Positions 22,021 to 34,655 of a stretch of 64,000 bases of DNA are shown here, one piece after another. The stretch is from NCBI GenBank assembly GCA_030390025.1, contig CM059446.1:38874001-38938000 (forward strand), read 5' to 3'. The DNA is from Squalus acanthias (lineage: Eukaryota). The translations under genes were made by a program, and so were the position numbers. Numbering within the stretch: position 1 is the first letter of the stretch; the number at the start of each line of letters is the position of its first letter. The notes under the pieces are model-generated. The model searched no databases. It saw only the letters and a program-made list of their open reading frames with translations, and was not told where the DNA came from.

Positions 22021-23961
22021 TAATTTACATATTTTAATTTGCAGCTAGCCACCAGGTTTAGAAAATAGCTGTGGCGGAAATTAAATGATTTCCGTTGGCA
22101 ATTAAGTCACCCGTCAACCTGAAAAAATCCCCCGCCCCCACCCCCAGCCCCCCACCAAAAAGAGTTTTATTTTAATGACATCACAGTGCAGCCAATTTTC
22201 AAAAGAGTTACGATTGTGCCAAGCTGTTTGTGACTTTAATGTTGCTGCAGAGTTTTTCCAACTGTGACTTATTTTCAGTTAGGGAGTCACAGAAAAATTC
22301 TGCGGGTTGGGGGAAAAGAATTGCAGTTGTGTTCGAAGTCCGGAGGGATTGCATCATAAAGCAGTCGCAGCTCCTCCCCCATGTGCTATTTTCAACAATC
22401 CTTACTCTTCTAAATCACTGACTTGAGCAAAAATTGTCCCTGACTCTTTTAACTCATTCTAATACATCTGCAAGGGCTAGATAGAGGCTGGCAACTAAAA
22501 ACAACATGAGGGACTGTTTGGGACCTCTACAATTCAAAGTGTACACACACATGCATCATACAGTGAAAGCACACATGCTATATAATGAAATGCATGCATC
22601 ATGCACTGAAATATCTGCACTGTGTAGCGCAATTATATATTACATAGAGAAACCATGGCTAATAGAACTGCCCATACTTTATATAAGTAAGATAAGTAAG
22701 ATTGGTTATTCTCATAGCACTTTTTCAGATGGTGGAGACATTTGAACGTGTTCTTTACAATCAACATAATCTTCTATTTGCTGTCCACCGCGTTACCATG
22801 CCCTTGGCCAAGAATGGCATAAATCAATTGATTCCTAATTAAATGCATTTGCAGCATTTGCTAATCTTACACTTTCAAAGTAAACCTGATCTTTCTCAAG
22901 CACCCATTGGTTTTTGAGTTGTCGTGCAATCAAAAATAAAAATGAGGCATTGCAGCTTGCAAAGTTTAGTTTTTCCTCTCTGTGAAGCCTTAAGACGTAA
23001 GTGTATAAAACACATTAGTAAATAAACGTTTATTGTGCAATTAAAACTGTACAGCCCGAGATACTCCGCATATCAGGTAGCTGGAAAACTGTGAACGGTC
23101 GATGCAAAATTGACATTTTAAAAGATGAAGTCTGCAATCATGGCAGTTTAAAAAAGCTCCAGTCAGTAAGAAAAAAATACTTGTAACATGAGTGGAATGT
23201 AGACCTGGGGGAACAATGAGAATTTAACAGCAAATCAACAAGCCTGCAGGCATTCAACAATAACCTGGCTTTGCAACATAGCAATAATCTTTATTTCAGC
23301 ATGGACTTACACTGTGGGACCTGGTTGTACAAATCTCCTGCTGTGCTCTGAGATGAGAAAGGTTGCTTGGCAAGATGAAAATGTGCAATCCCACTGTGGC
23401 TGCGAATGACAGAAGGACAACTAAAATTCATTGGAAATAAAGGAGCCGGCTTAAATTGGTTAGCTAACAAATAATTTTTACACTAAGATTCACTGGGAAT
23501 CTCTTGGAGTGAAATAATGCTCTGCAAGATGGCAAAGAGAAAAATTAGTGCCATTGCTCTGAGCTCCTCCTAAAGGTCACCACAGCAACCTGGTTATTCA
23601 GAACATCATAAAATGCACAGTGTACAGGAATGAATATCACTTTTAAAACAGAGCCAGAGATTTCATGCCACTTCATGTCACACAGATTGGGTTCCCAAGC
23701 ATTTCTGCCAGATATTTTCATTATTTGGCAGCTAGAAGTGATGCCAGTGCTGGAGGACACATTTAACTATATAGTAGGACCTCTCAAGTCTGTAGGTTGT
23801 CATTGAGTTTCCATTTTCTTAATTTTGTTCAAATTTGTTCACCAAAACGTATGCAAAGTGACAGCATTTTAAGATGACATTAGTCTTTCAACCCATGTGT
23901 CAGCTTGTTAGTGTTTCACAAGAAAACTCGGCTCTTTTAATTGGGATTGGAGGTTGTCTGT

Positions 23962-24345
23962 ATAAGAACATAAGAACATAAGAAATAGGAGCAGGAGTAG
24001 GCCATTCGGCCCCTCGAGCTTGCTCCGCCATTCAATAAGATCATGGCTGATCTTCTACCTCATCTGCACTTTCCTGCCCTATCCCCATATCTCTTACTTC
24101 CTCTGGAGTCCAAAAGTCCAAAAGTCTCAGCCTTGAATATACTCAACGACTCAGCATCCACAGCACTTTGGGGCAGAGAATTCCAAAGATGCACAACCCT
24201 CTGAGTGAAGAAATTCCTCCTCATCTCAGTCTTAGAATGCCGGCCCCTTATCCTGAGACTATGCCCCCTAGTTCTAGACTCTCCAGCCAGGGGAAACAAT
24301 CTCTCAGCATCTACCCTGTCAATCCCCCTCAAAATCTTATATGTT
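23962..24345 (-). mobile_element. CR1 LINE 3' fragment
   Basis: TYKILRGIDRVDAERLFPLAGESRTRGHSL; taagaaca repeat tail. Confidence 0.92.
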
Positions 24346-24578
24346 AGAATGCAGGATTGGAGTCTGTCATAATACATAAGAAGCAAGGGGGGAAAAATCA
24401 AGCTAACAGCTTTAAGTAAATAGACATAATTGGCTAAATATACTAAACCGAAAAATAGCAGTAACTAACAGAAACCAAATTACATTCATCTGATAATCAT
24501 AATATTACTAGTAAAGTCAAATCAGCTCGAGATAAATAAATAACTGTTGTAAATAAATAAATAGATATAGAGTAGATA

Positions 24579-26215
24579 ATGGCAGTGCATCGGGACTGCA
24601 GAATGTAGGAATTTGTAACCAGTGAGACTGCCCCAGATGATCACACCTGTAGGAAATGTTTAAGTCTTGAGTCACTCCGTCTTAGAGGCATTGACTTGGA
24701 GCGCAAGTTAGAGACACTCTGACACATGAGGGAGAGGGAGAACTATCTGGATAGTTTATTCCAGAGTACAGTCACACCACATACAGAGATACAGGAGCAG
24801 GAAGAGGAGTTTGTGACTCACAGTCAGTAGGGTAGGGGGAGCCTAGTGGAGGCAATGAAGGATGAATCGGAGAAACTGGTCCTGTCCAACAGGTACAATG
24901 TACTTGCTACCTGTGGGGATAAGGAAGAAGGCTGCGGGGAGAATGGCCAGAATGCTAACCAAGGCATCGTGGAGCAGGAAGCAATCCAAGGGGGGTGGGG
25001 TGGGGGAGCAGCAGAATAGAAAGGTTGTAGTTATAGGGGATTCAATAATTAGGGCAAGAGATCGTAACCCCTGTAGTCGCGATCAATAGTTCAGGAGGGT
25101 GCGTTGCCTACCCAGTGCCACGGAAAGGGATATCTCGAATCGACTGGAAAGGAACTTGGAAAGAGAGGGGGAAGAGCCAGCTGCTATGATCCATTCGGAA
25201 CCAACACCATAGGAAAGAACAGGGAGGAGGTCTTGCTGTGGGAGTATAAGGAGCTCGGCGCTAAATTAAAAAGCAGGACCTCAGGGGTGATAATCTCCAG
25301 GGTAATACCCGAGCTACGTGTTAATTGTCATAGGGATAAACGGATCAGAAAAGTCAATGCTTTGTAAGGAGGGGTTCCATTTCATGGGGCACTGGCACCA
25401 CTACTGGGACAGTAAGGAGCTTTACAGCTGGGACAGACTGCACCTAAACCAGGCTGCGTCCAAGGTCCTAACGGAAGGGGTAAATAGGACTGTAGAATGG
25501 ACTTTAAACCAAAAAAGGGAGGGGTAGGGTTTGGGTTAAAAAATAATAATCTAAATAGAAGAAAAAGAGAGAATAAGATCAAAGGTCAGAGTGCAAAAGG
25601 AGATAAAGATAACATAAATACTCAGTGAACGGAAAAGTTACAGGATGTAATAAAATATACCTGTTAAAAATATAGCAGAAATGATGAAAAATAAAACATA
25701 TTACATTTCCTGTATAGCATTGTAAAGTGCATCGGCAGCCAAAAATATGATAGCTCAAAAAGTGGAGGAAATACACCGTCAGGGCAGAGTGGGGACTGTA
25801 CTCAAATAAGAGTTACGTACATAAGTGCACGTAGCATAAGAAAGGAAACAAATGAGATCGAAGCAGAGATTCAGCTTAAAGGATATGATGTACTCGCCAT
25901 TAGAGACCTGGCTACAAACTGGGCATGACTAGGAGCTAAATATTCCAGGCGACAGAATCTTCCAAAGGGAGGAGGATTAGCAATATTGATAAAAGACAAA
26001 ATCACAGCAGTGGAAAGAAAGACATTCAGTATGAGCTGAACTAAGGAACAGTAAAGGAGGCAAGACTCTGGTGGCAGTTGTCTACAGACCTCCTGACAGT
26101 AGTGATGTAGTGGAGTGATCGATAAATACTGAGATCAGGAAAGCATGTATCAGAAACAACGTGTTTATAATGGGAGATTTTAATTTTCACATAGACTAGG
26201 AGAAGCTCAAGTAAA
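24579..26215 (+). pseudogene. CR1 LINE 5' part: decayed ORF1 (zinc finger/leucine zipper plus SGNH esterase) and start of ORF2 AP endonuclease
   Basis: DDHTCRKCLSLESLRLR...LERKLETL, VVVIGDSIIR, GTNTIGK, DRLHLN; endonuclease-like remnants (ARSIR..., AVVYRPP, IMGDFNF); many stops and frameshifts. Confidence 0.8.
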
Positions 26216-26221
26216 GACAAT

Positions 26222-26520
26222 GGGGGAAAAATTTGGTCGCGCCCCCTTTGGGGCGATAACTTCACCGGGGCACTAATGAAAAAGTTAGTGCCCCTGCGCC
26301 CGTAAATTGAGTAGTAGCACCCCAAGCAGGAGGCGGGGCGCTACTGGAAGTGCTCCCCCACCTTCCTGGGGCGCTACCATTCAATATCACGGCGCTACGT
26401 GCAACAGCGCCGCGATATTAAAGGCCTCCCTCCCCTGATTAAAGGGGAGGGGCCTAGCACAGGACGCACCAGGGTCCTGCTGGACCACCGAGGAGTGGGG
26501 TGCCTGGAAAACAGCCCGGC
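26222..26520. mobile_element. One end of a GC-rich Harbinger-type element
   Basis: gggggaaaaatttggtcgcgcccc...ggggcgataacttc is the reverse complement of the right end of the MITE at 60274-60501. Confidence 0.65.
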
Positions 26521-26529
26521 GCTCAAGAG

Positions 26530-26866
26530 GATATGGAGGGAGTAATGGGAGAGCCTGGGTGCAGCCCTGCATCTCTGTGCAGTGCTTGTCAGTGTTTGCA
26601 GCACCTCAATGCTGTAGAACACTGACAGCACTACTGTCAAAAGAAAGTTGGCCATGGTCCCTTTAAGGAAACCAGCTGATGACGCGCCATCAAATGACGT
26701 CACCAGACCCGCTTCCTCTAATTGGCCAGGAAACACGCTGGGCGGGCTTAACAAGCCCAATCTTGGGAAATTCATTTCAGAGGCTGGGATGGAGCCAGCA
26801 GCGGGGTCGGGACCCGCCACCGACATCACTCACCATGGACCCGCTGAGGTTTGTAAAATCCAGCCC
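26530..26866 (-). mobile_element. Myb-side end of the non-autonomous Harbinger family seen at 17935-19699
   Basis: Reverse complement of about 17935-18275 (TVVLSVFYSIEVLQTLTSTAQRC.AAPRLSH); ends in TIR aaaatccagccc. Confidence 0.82.
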
Positions 26867-26975
26867 GTTAACTCTGGTTCTCTCTCCACAGATGCTGCCT
26901 GACCTGCTGAGTGTTTCCAGCATTTTCTGTTTTCATTTCAGATTTCCAGCATCCGCGGTATTTTGCTTTTGGATT
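26867..26975 (+). mobile_element. Penelope-like 3' terminal fragment
   Basis: gttaactctg...cagatgctgcctgacctgctgag...ccagcatccgcggtattttgc matches 2608-2678 and 55587-55687. Confidence 0.8.
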
Positions 26976-28195
26976 TGCGAAGGGTAGACCATGTCTGACT
27001 AATCCAGCTGAATTTTTTAAGGAGGCCACTAATATGGTGGAAAGGGAAGGGTCTGTGGATCTTGTCTATTTGGACTTCCAGAAGGCATTCCGTAAGGTTC
27101 CGCAAAAGAAATTATTAGCAAAAATAAAAGCACATGAAATTGGAGGTAACCTTGTGACAAGGGTTAATAATTGGTTGGTAGGTAGGAGACAGAGAATCGG
27201 GATAAAGGGAGTGTACTTTAATTGGTGTGATGTGACAAGTGGTCTTCCCTAGGGATCTGTACTGGGGCCTGAGCTTTTCACCATATTTATCAATGATTTG
27301 GATCAAGGAATAGAGAGTTGTTTATTCAAGTTTGCAGATGACAATAAGTTAGGAAGCACAGTAAGTTGTATAAATGTGAGCAGGAAGTTACAAAGGGACA
27401 TCAACAGATTACGTGAGTGGGCAAAACAATGGTAGATGGTGTATAGTGTGGGAAAGTGTGAGGTCGTTCACTTCACCATCCAAGAAAGACAAATCACACT
27501 ATCCTCTTAATGAAGAGAGACTAAGAACTGTGGAGGAGCAAAGGGATTTGGATGTCCAGGGACAAACATGACTAAAAACTAGTACACAGGTACAAAAGTA
27601 ATCAAAAAGGCTACTGGAATGTTGGTCTTTATCTCAAGGGGGTTGGAATACAAAGGAGAGGAACTTATGCTTCAGCTGTACTGAGCTTTGGTCAGACCCT
27701 GTCTGGAGTATTGTGTTCAGTTTTGGGCATCACACCTCAGGAAAGATATATTAGCCTTGATGGGGTTATAGCGCAGATTCATCAGAATTATACCAGGACT
27801 TAAAGGGTTAAATTATGAAGACAGGTTGCATAAACTTGGCTTGTATTCCCTGGAGTTTAGAAGGTTGAGGGATGATTTATTGAAGTGTTTGAAATGATAA
27901 AAGGATTCGATAGAATAGGATGCAGAGAAGCTATTTCTTCTGGTGGGGAAATCCAGAACAAAGGGGCACAAACTTAAAATTTGAGATAGGCCATTCAGGA
28001 ATGCAATCAGGAAGCGTTTTTTCACACAAAGGGTAGTGGTAATCTGGAATTCTCTCGTCCAAAAAGCAGTGGATGCTGGGACAATTGGAGCTTTCAAGAC
28101 TGAGAAAGGTGGGTAAATGTTGAGTTGAGGTACAGATCAGCAGTGATCTAATTGAATGGTGGAACAGGCTCGAGGGGCTGAATGGCCTATGTTCC
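26976..28195 (+). pseudogene. CR1 LINE ORF2 reverse transcriptase region and 3' end (continuation of 24579-26215)
   Basis: CLTN..EFF...VDLVYLDFQKAF...GSVLGP.LFTIFINDL...KFADD; CR1 3' UTR; disrupted. Confidence 0.88.
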
Positions 28196-29780
28196 ATCAT
28201 TAAGGCATTAGTTTAATACTGCCACGCATATTTTGATGGACATATTCAACACTGACATTACGTCCAGTGGCAAATTCCGCAAGTGGAGACAGGTCACATG
28301 AAACTGGTGGAACAGCTCCCTGTTTGAATTGCTCCTCAACATGTTGGAGTTACGCTGGCAGGAACCAGAGGAGAACCTGCCCCAGTGTCTATATTCTGGG
28401 GCTTTGCATATCAAAAACAAACTGGGCTACTATTGGGAGTAAACCTGTTTTCTAATCCCCATGCGTACCATGTGAATGTATTAACTGGCTTGATTTGAAC
28501 ATTCTTGTCGTTGCACTCAATATTATTGTGGTGTGTGATGTGGACCATTGGTCTGCTATGTGTGAGTCCAATGCCCAGTGATGATTGGTAACTTTGAAAG
28601 CTGTTTTCAGTCTGTTTACGAGCTGGTAGTGGAGGTCCCTTTGTTACCATGCAGGGAGCCTTACACCATCTGTATTGGAGTAGTTAACATCAACGGGGAA
28701 ATGTGATGAGTGACATTAATAATCAATAAGAGTATAAGATTGCAAACTCCAATCTGGAGTCAAAGGCAGTCAGCCCTACTTAAGAATGCAAAATTCAGCA
28801 CCCTTTGGCGGTTCCTGCACTTCAGTTATTTGTTTAATGACTGCGATGTGTAAGACTGTTTATTTCCAGTACAAGAAAATAAACCTTTTAGACAGGGTCA
28901 AAAGAGCAATAGGGGCGGATAAACATTTAATATGTTAGTATGGCATTACGCTGTCTGCTATTTTAACTGAGGCATTACGCTGTTTATTTTAAATAAGTAA
29001 ATGTCTTCATAATAATAGCGGTGAATGGAATGCCATAAATGTTAAGCATTCATCCACTGTCAACAGTCGTTTCTAGTCTTGCGTGTTTTAAGGTTTTAAA
29101 GCCAGGTCCATCAGCATCTAAAAGAGGAAAAGACAGATTCCTGTTCTAAAGTTTCATTTTGGTGCTACTGACTCACCCTCATCCCTTCTGAAGCTCATCA
29201 AAAATGATTTGAAAGAGTTTAAACGGTATACCTTCAGCCCAGGTAATCCCTCAACTGCCTCTGGGCTGCAGTCGGGTTCAAAACAGGGACAAATGCAATA
29301 TCCAGCTTTTTTATTCATCTTGCGGACGTAACATACACTGCCAGGTGAGATCATTGCATTAAAAGAGGTTCTAGTTCGTAAGTTAACATCGTGTGTTTGC
29401 AGGTTAGATTTGCAATGAAAGGAATGGGGCCCTGTAAAGTTGTATTGAGATCCCTACGGCTAATTTTCTTTTGATACTCAAAATATCTCAACTCCTTCCA
29501 GGAGAAATTATATATTGGCTTGAAAGGCAGAATTTCAGCCAGAAATGCGCGCGATAAATAGTTAAAAATCAAACTTTTTGGGGAGGACGTATCCCCAGAG
29601 CCCCTTGAAAATAAATCTCAAGCTTTCACAACTCGCCTCCCCCTTCAGTAATGTCTAAATATACCACTGCTGCACACGGCACTTTTGTGTATTTTAGGTT
29701 TACCCCTGCAGTAAAGTTGATGGAATGTTGAGTACACCTGCAGGTTAAGTTCTGACAACTCAGTGCCCCATTGTACTTTC

Positions 29781-30024
29781 AACAACAAGAACCTGCATTT
29801 AGATAGCACCTTTAGCATAGTAAAACATCCCAAGGCGCTTCACAGGAGCGTTAGCAGACAACATTTTGACACTGAGCCACATAAGGAGATATTAGGACAG
29901 GTGACCAAAAGCTCGGTCAAAGAGGTAGGTTTCAAGGAACCTCTTCAAGGAGGGGAGAGAGGGCGAGAGGGCAAGCGGTTTAGGGAGGAACTTCCAAATT
30001 TTAGGACCTAGACACTGAAGGCAC
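29781..30024 (-). mobile_element. L2 LINE 3' end
   Basis: Matches 41198-41440; ends tctaaatgcaggttcttgttgtt on the minus strand. Confidence 0.85.
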
Positions 30025-30037
30025 TTTCAGTCTCTTT

Positions 30038-30297
30038 GGGCTGGATTTTGTCGCGTTGGGGGCGGGACTACTGGTTGTCGGGTTTCAGTCCCGCCCCCAA
30101 CGACGTCCGGCCAACCCACGCTATTTTCCCTTGATTGCCCTTGTTAAGCCCGCCCTGCGCGAGTTGGGGACCCGCATCCCGGGAAGATGGCACGGAGGCG
30201 GATTGGGAGTGGGGTCAGTACCCGCTCCCAGTTTCTGCCATTTTCCCGGCAGACCCGCCTCCATACCCGCCTCCCCAGGGCTGGGAAAATTCCCCCC
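30038..30297. mobile_element. Harbinger-type MITE
   Basis: TIRs GGGCTGGATTTT / AAAATTCCCCCC, TSD ttt/ttt; CpG-rich interior. Confidence 0.75.
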
Positions 30298-30924
30298 TTT
30301 GTTTTCGCATGCCATAAGGCCTATAAATAGCGGCTGTTTTTGTGTTGTCAGTTTGTGGAGACCCTATTAGCCTTTTTGAAGCCATTGGTCAGCTTTTTGC
30401 CAGGTTCCACACTCGGCCTGTATGCAAAAAATCATATTCAGGCTCAAGAAGATAAGTGCCACTGTCTGTATGCAGCAAGAGCCGATGAAAGCTGTAGTAT
30501 TTCCGGTGTTAATTCCGCAACGGTAGTTTGGAATTTTATTAAATTGACTGTGTGCTCTCAGATCGAATCGAGCTACTGGTGGAAATTACCTGACCAAAAT
30601 GAGTTGTGTTTGGTAAATCCAAATATGGGGTTTAGTGTCAGTTTTGAAGAGTTGCCCAGCTTAATGGAATGTGTCAAATTATCCTGGTTCTGCATGCTCC
30701 GACTCTGGGGCACTGAAATATGCAATCCACAGAAATGTAATGCTCTTGCTAACAAGGGATGGTGGGGCTTGTACTAGAATTAAAATAACAGCTGCTGTAT
30801 GGGCTGCAGTCCACACATGTTCTCCACCGTAACTGCATTTATTGAAGCGGATCTTATTGTTGAATGTTAACCAAGTTTAACTGATAATATTTAAAGAGAA
30901 ATTTTACATGTAAAGAGAGGCGTT

Positions 30925-31290
30925 CAAAATCATGAAGGGTTTTGCTAGAGTAAATAAGGAGAAACTGTTTCCAGTGGCAGAAGGGTCGGTAACCAGAGGA
31001 CACAGATTTATGGTAATTGGCAAAAGAGCCAGAGGTGAGATGAGGAGAATTTCTTTTACCCAGCAAGTTGTTTTGATCTGGAATGCACTGTCTGAAAGAG
31101 CGGTGGAAGCAGATTCAATAGTACCTTTCTAAAGGGAATTGGATAAATACTTGAAGGGGAGAAAATTGCAGGGCTATGGGGGAAAGAGCAGGGGAGTGGG
31201 ACTAATTGGAGAGCTCTTTCAAAGAACGGGCACAGGCATGATGGGCCGAATGGCCTCCTTCTGTGCTGTAAGATTCTGTAATTCTATGAT
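30925..31290 (+). mobile_element. CR1 LINE 3' fragment
   Basis: MKGFARVNKEKLFPVAEGSVTRGHRF; attcta repeat tail. Confidence 0.9.
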
Positions 31291-32484
31291 TAAGTATCTT
31301 TAAATGGGTATAATCATGTCTAGTTTTCCACTACCTTAAAAACAGCTTAGCTATTTTAAGAGATCTGGGTCAGTAAGTATCAGGAAGCTTGAAATAGGGC
31401 TGGGACGGTCTTCATTCTTTTAGAACAAGGAGAACATAAGAAAGCGGGATTGAGAAAATGCCATTCAATCCATCTAGATAAATTAAGTAAGCCAGAATTT
31501 GAACAAAGGCAATGAGAATGGCATTTGTGATGTAAAGTCAGCGAAGTAATACAGTAGATGACAGGGCCTTAACTTTCAGTGCTCCGTGGGATTTCCCATG
31601 TACATTACATTACAATTTTTGAAAGGACAGCTTCCAGTGTAATAGATCTGCACCACAAAAGTGTACATCTGTCAAGACCTACCTTCGCTGCACTGATTGT
31701 TTTAGTATAATAAGTCTGGCCTTGCCCCGCAGGATAATGTTTCAGATTCATTCACGAATTGTTTTGTGTTTCTCTTCTACAGTTTAGTGCAGGCATGCAA
31801 ATCAGGTGACAAGCTTGCTTGTAAGCTGCAGGCTGACTGAGACCCTTGGGCTAGGATATTGGACATGACTGGCTCAAAAGTGCTCGTGTCATTTAAAACA
31901 ATTTTCACTGTTGATTGCCATTTCACCTCCAGTGGACAATGGCCCTTACTGAGTGGTGTCAAAGGGCGTAAATCACAAGGTTATTGATTTCTGGCATCAG
32001 ACAGCTCTGACTAAAGCTCTCTGAGGTGGTCACAGCAGTGGCCGTTGTAATAACCCCAAACACAATCCTAACAAGAAAAAAAAACATTTAACAAGCAATA
32101 TTAACAAGACTTAGAATGTCCAGGGGAGTCGGTATTTCAAGGGTTCAGGTATAGATAAGTGGCTTTAGCACATGGGCTGAATAAAACAGATAGCAACTGC
32201 AAAGTTGGTGGATTCAAGCACAAAGATTTGTCTCATTAATACAACGACATTTAATATAGCGATAACTCATTATTAAATATTTAACAAATCCTGAGGTAAT
32301 CCTTTCATTAGTTTATCCTACTAAATTTTCAGTAAATAGTAAATCCTACTGAATTTTCACTATCTTCAGGCAACACACCATTCTCATTGTATCTTCACTG
32401 TTGTTGAAGCAGGCACAGAAATCAAAACTGTTCATTTTCCTCTGGGTGATTGGGATTTTGTTTTGCTGGTATTCAACTATATAT

Positions 32485-32980
32485 GTGATTGCATTGGAGA
32501 GGGTGCAGAGGAGATTCACCAGGATGTTACCTGGGCTGGAGCGCCTCAGCTATGAAGAGAGACTGGACAGGCTGGGGTTGTTTTCCTTAGAGCAGAGAAG
32601 GCTGAGGGGGGACCGGATTGAGGTGTACAAAATTATGAGGGGCATAGATAGGGTAGATAGAAAGGAACTTTTCCCCTTAGTAGAGGGGTCAATAACCAGG
32701 GGGCATAGTTTCAAGGTAAGGGGCAGGAGGTTTAGAGGGGATTTGAGGAAAAACTTTTTCACTCAGAGGGTGTTTGGAATCTGGAACTCACTGCCTGAAA
32801 GGGTGGTAGAGGCAGGAACCCTCACAACATTCAAGAAGCATTTAGATGAGCACTTGAAACGCCATAGCATACAAGGCTATGGACCAAGTGCTGGAAAATG
32901 GGATTAGAATAGACAGGGCTTGATGGCCGGCGCGGACACGATGGGCCGAAGGGCCTCTTTCTGTGCTGTATGACTCTATG
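32485..32980 (+). mobile_element. CR1 LINE 3' fragment (well preserved)
   Basis: ALERVQRRFTRMLPGL...LFSLEQRRLRGD...TRGHSFKV...WNSLP. Confidence 0.93.
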
Positions 32981-33006
32981 TATTATATACCTGCTTCAGA
33001 GGTTGA

Positions 33007-33450
33007 AAGAAAGAACTTGCATTTATATAGCACCTTTCACAACCTCGGGACATCCTAAAGGGCTTTACAGCCAATGAAGTACTTTGTGAAGTGTAGTCAC
33101 TGCTGTAACGTAGGAAACGTGGCAGCTAATTTGCGGTAAACAGCAATGCGATAATGATCGGATAATCTGTTTTAGCAATGTTGGTTGCGGGGTAAATATT
33201 GTCCAGGACGCCAGGAGGAATTCCACTGCTGATCTTCGAAATAATGCCACGGGATCATTATCGTCCACCTGAAAGGGCAGACAGGGCCTCAATTTAATGT
33301 CTCATCCAAAAGGTGGCACATCTCCTATAGTGCAGCATTCACACTGGAGAGTCAGCCTAGATTATGTGCTTAGGTCTCTGGAGCGGGACTTGAACCCACG
33401 ACCATTCTGACTCAGAAACAGAGGCGCTACTACTGAGCCACGGCTGGCAT
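33007..33450 (-). mobile_element. Deu-domain SINE, full length
   Basis: Colinear with 606-1076. Confidence 0.9.
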
Positions 33451-33978
33451 CCAAACAAAGAGGCCCAAACAAGTCAACCTTTCCTCTTTGGGTTTTTGAA
33501 TTTCATGCTCATTAAGATGAGAAGAGAAAGTGCTGGAGGAAGTGAGACATTTGCTTCTTTGCACTTGGTGCTAAGATCAAGCACTCCCAAATCAGGTACA
33601 ACATAAGTTAGATGCAGTTCCATATTCCCTCTAGAATACCACAACAAGGACCCTACTCCAATTGTACTCTGTACTGGTTACAGACAAAAAAATATTCTAT
33701 GAGAATATTTATATACCTGTTATGTTATTTAGTTTTAGCACTGATACTGTCAATTGCACCTGTAGTAGAATTGAGAGGTCAAGAATTAAAGATACTACAA
33801 ATCGTTATTACTTATTAAGCCTGTGTAAAATAATTACATGATAACATTGAATAATAATTTCCAAGATTTTAAATATTAGATTAGTAAAAGCCCTCTGCTG
33901 CAGTAGAAATGTAACAAGTAAAATAGGGAGAGATTTAACTCCTTAATTACATTGATCAATGTCAGCTATTCTACCCTA

Positions 33979-34269
33979 ATAAGAAATAAGAACATAAGAA
34001 ATAGCAGCAGGTGTAGGCCTTTCAGCCCTTCGAGACTGCTCTGCCATTCCATAAGATCTTCTACATCAACTCTACCTTCCCGCACTATTCCCATATCCCT
34101 TGATTCCCTTAATATCCAAAAATCTATCGATCTCAGCCTTGAATATACTCAACGACTGTGCCTCCACAGCCCTCTGGGGTAGAGAATTCCAAAGATTCAC
34201 AACCCTCTGAGTGAAGAAATTTCTCCTCATCTCAGTCCTAAATGGCCGACCCCTAATCCTGAGACTGTG
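33979..34269 (-). mobile_element. CR1 LINE 3' fragment
   Basis: HSLRIRGRPFRTEMRRNFFTQRVVNLWNSLP. Confidence 0.9.
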
Positions 34270-34488
34270 AACCATGAAGCATTCATGGTTCTGACAGGTG
34301 TTGGTACCAACACTGAGCAAGCTACACTATAATAGCATTTGTATTTAGCATTATTGCAAGAAGCAATTCGAGCTGTAGGATGAAACTTTCTCCTCGATAT
34401 AGCCATGCATACATTATTTGTGCTAAACCGATGCTATCACAGTTTTAGTGCGTACTGCTCATTAGGTTCCATCAGAGATATCTTTAAT

Positions 34489-34655
34489 CAATGTTCCTGC
34501 TAAGGTGCGCGGCCGCGCAGTAATCTCAAAGGTCCTGCGCAGGCCGCTCACCGGCTTTTACATTGTAAACACCGCGCATGCACAGAAATTTCAAGGGGCC
34601 ACGTATTAAAAGAAACAGGCCGCACAGAACAAAGTGCAGCTTACTGGGAACATTG
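34489..34655. mobile_element. hAT-type MITE
   Basis: TIRs caatgttcc / ggaacattg; same family as 60551-60668; decayed 8-bp flanks tctttaat / tcagcaat. Confidence 0.7.

Noticed and set aside
28240-28455. Possible exon or hAT transposase remnant (WWNSSLFELL)
   Set aside because: Stops in frame, no other catalytic motifs, and no clear splice pair.
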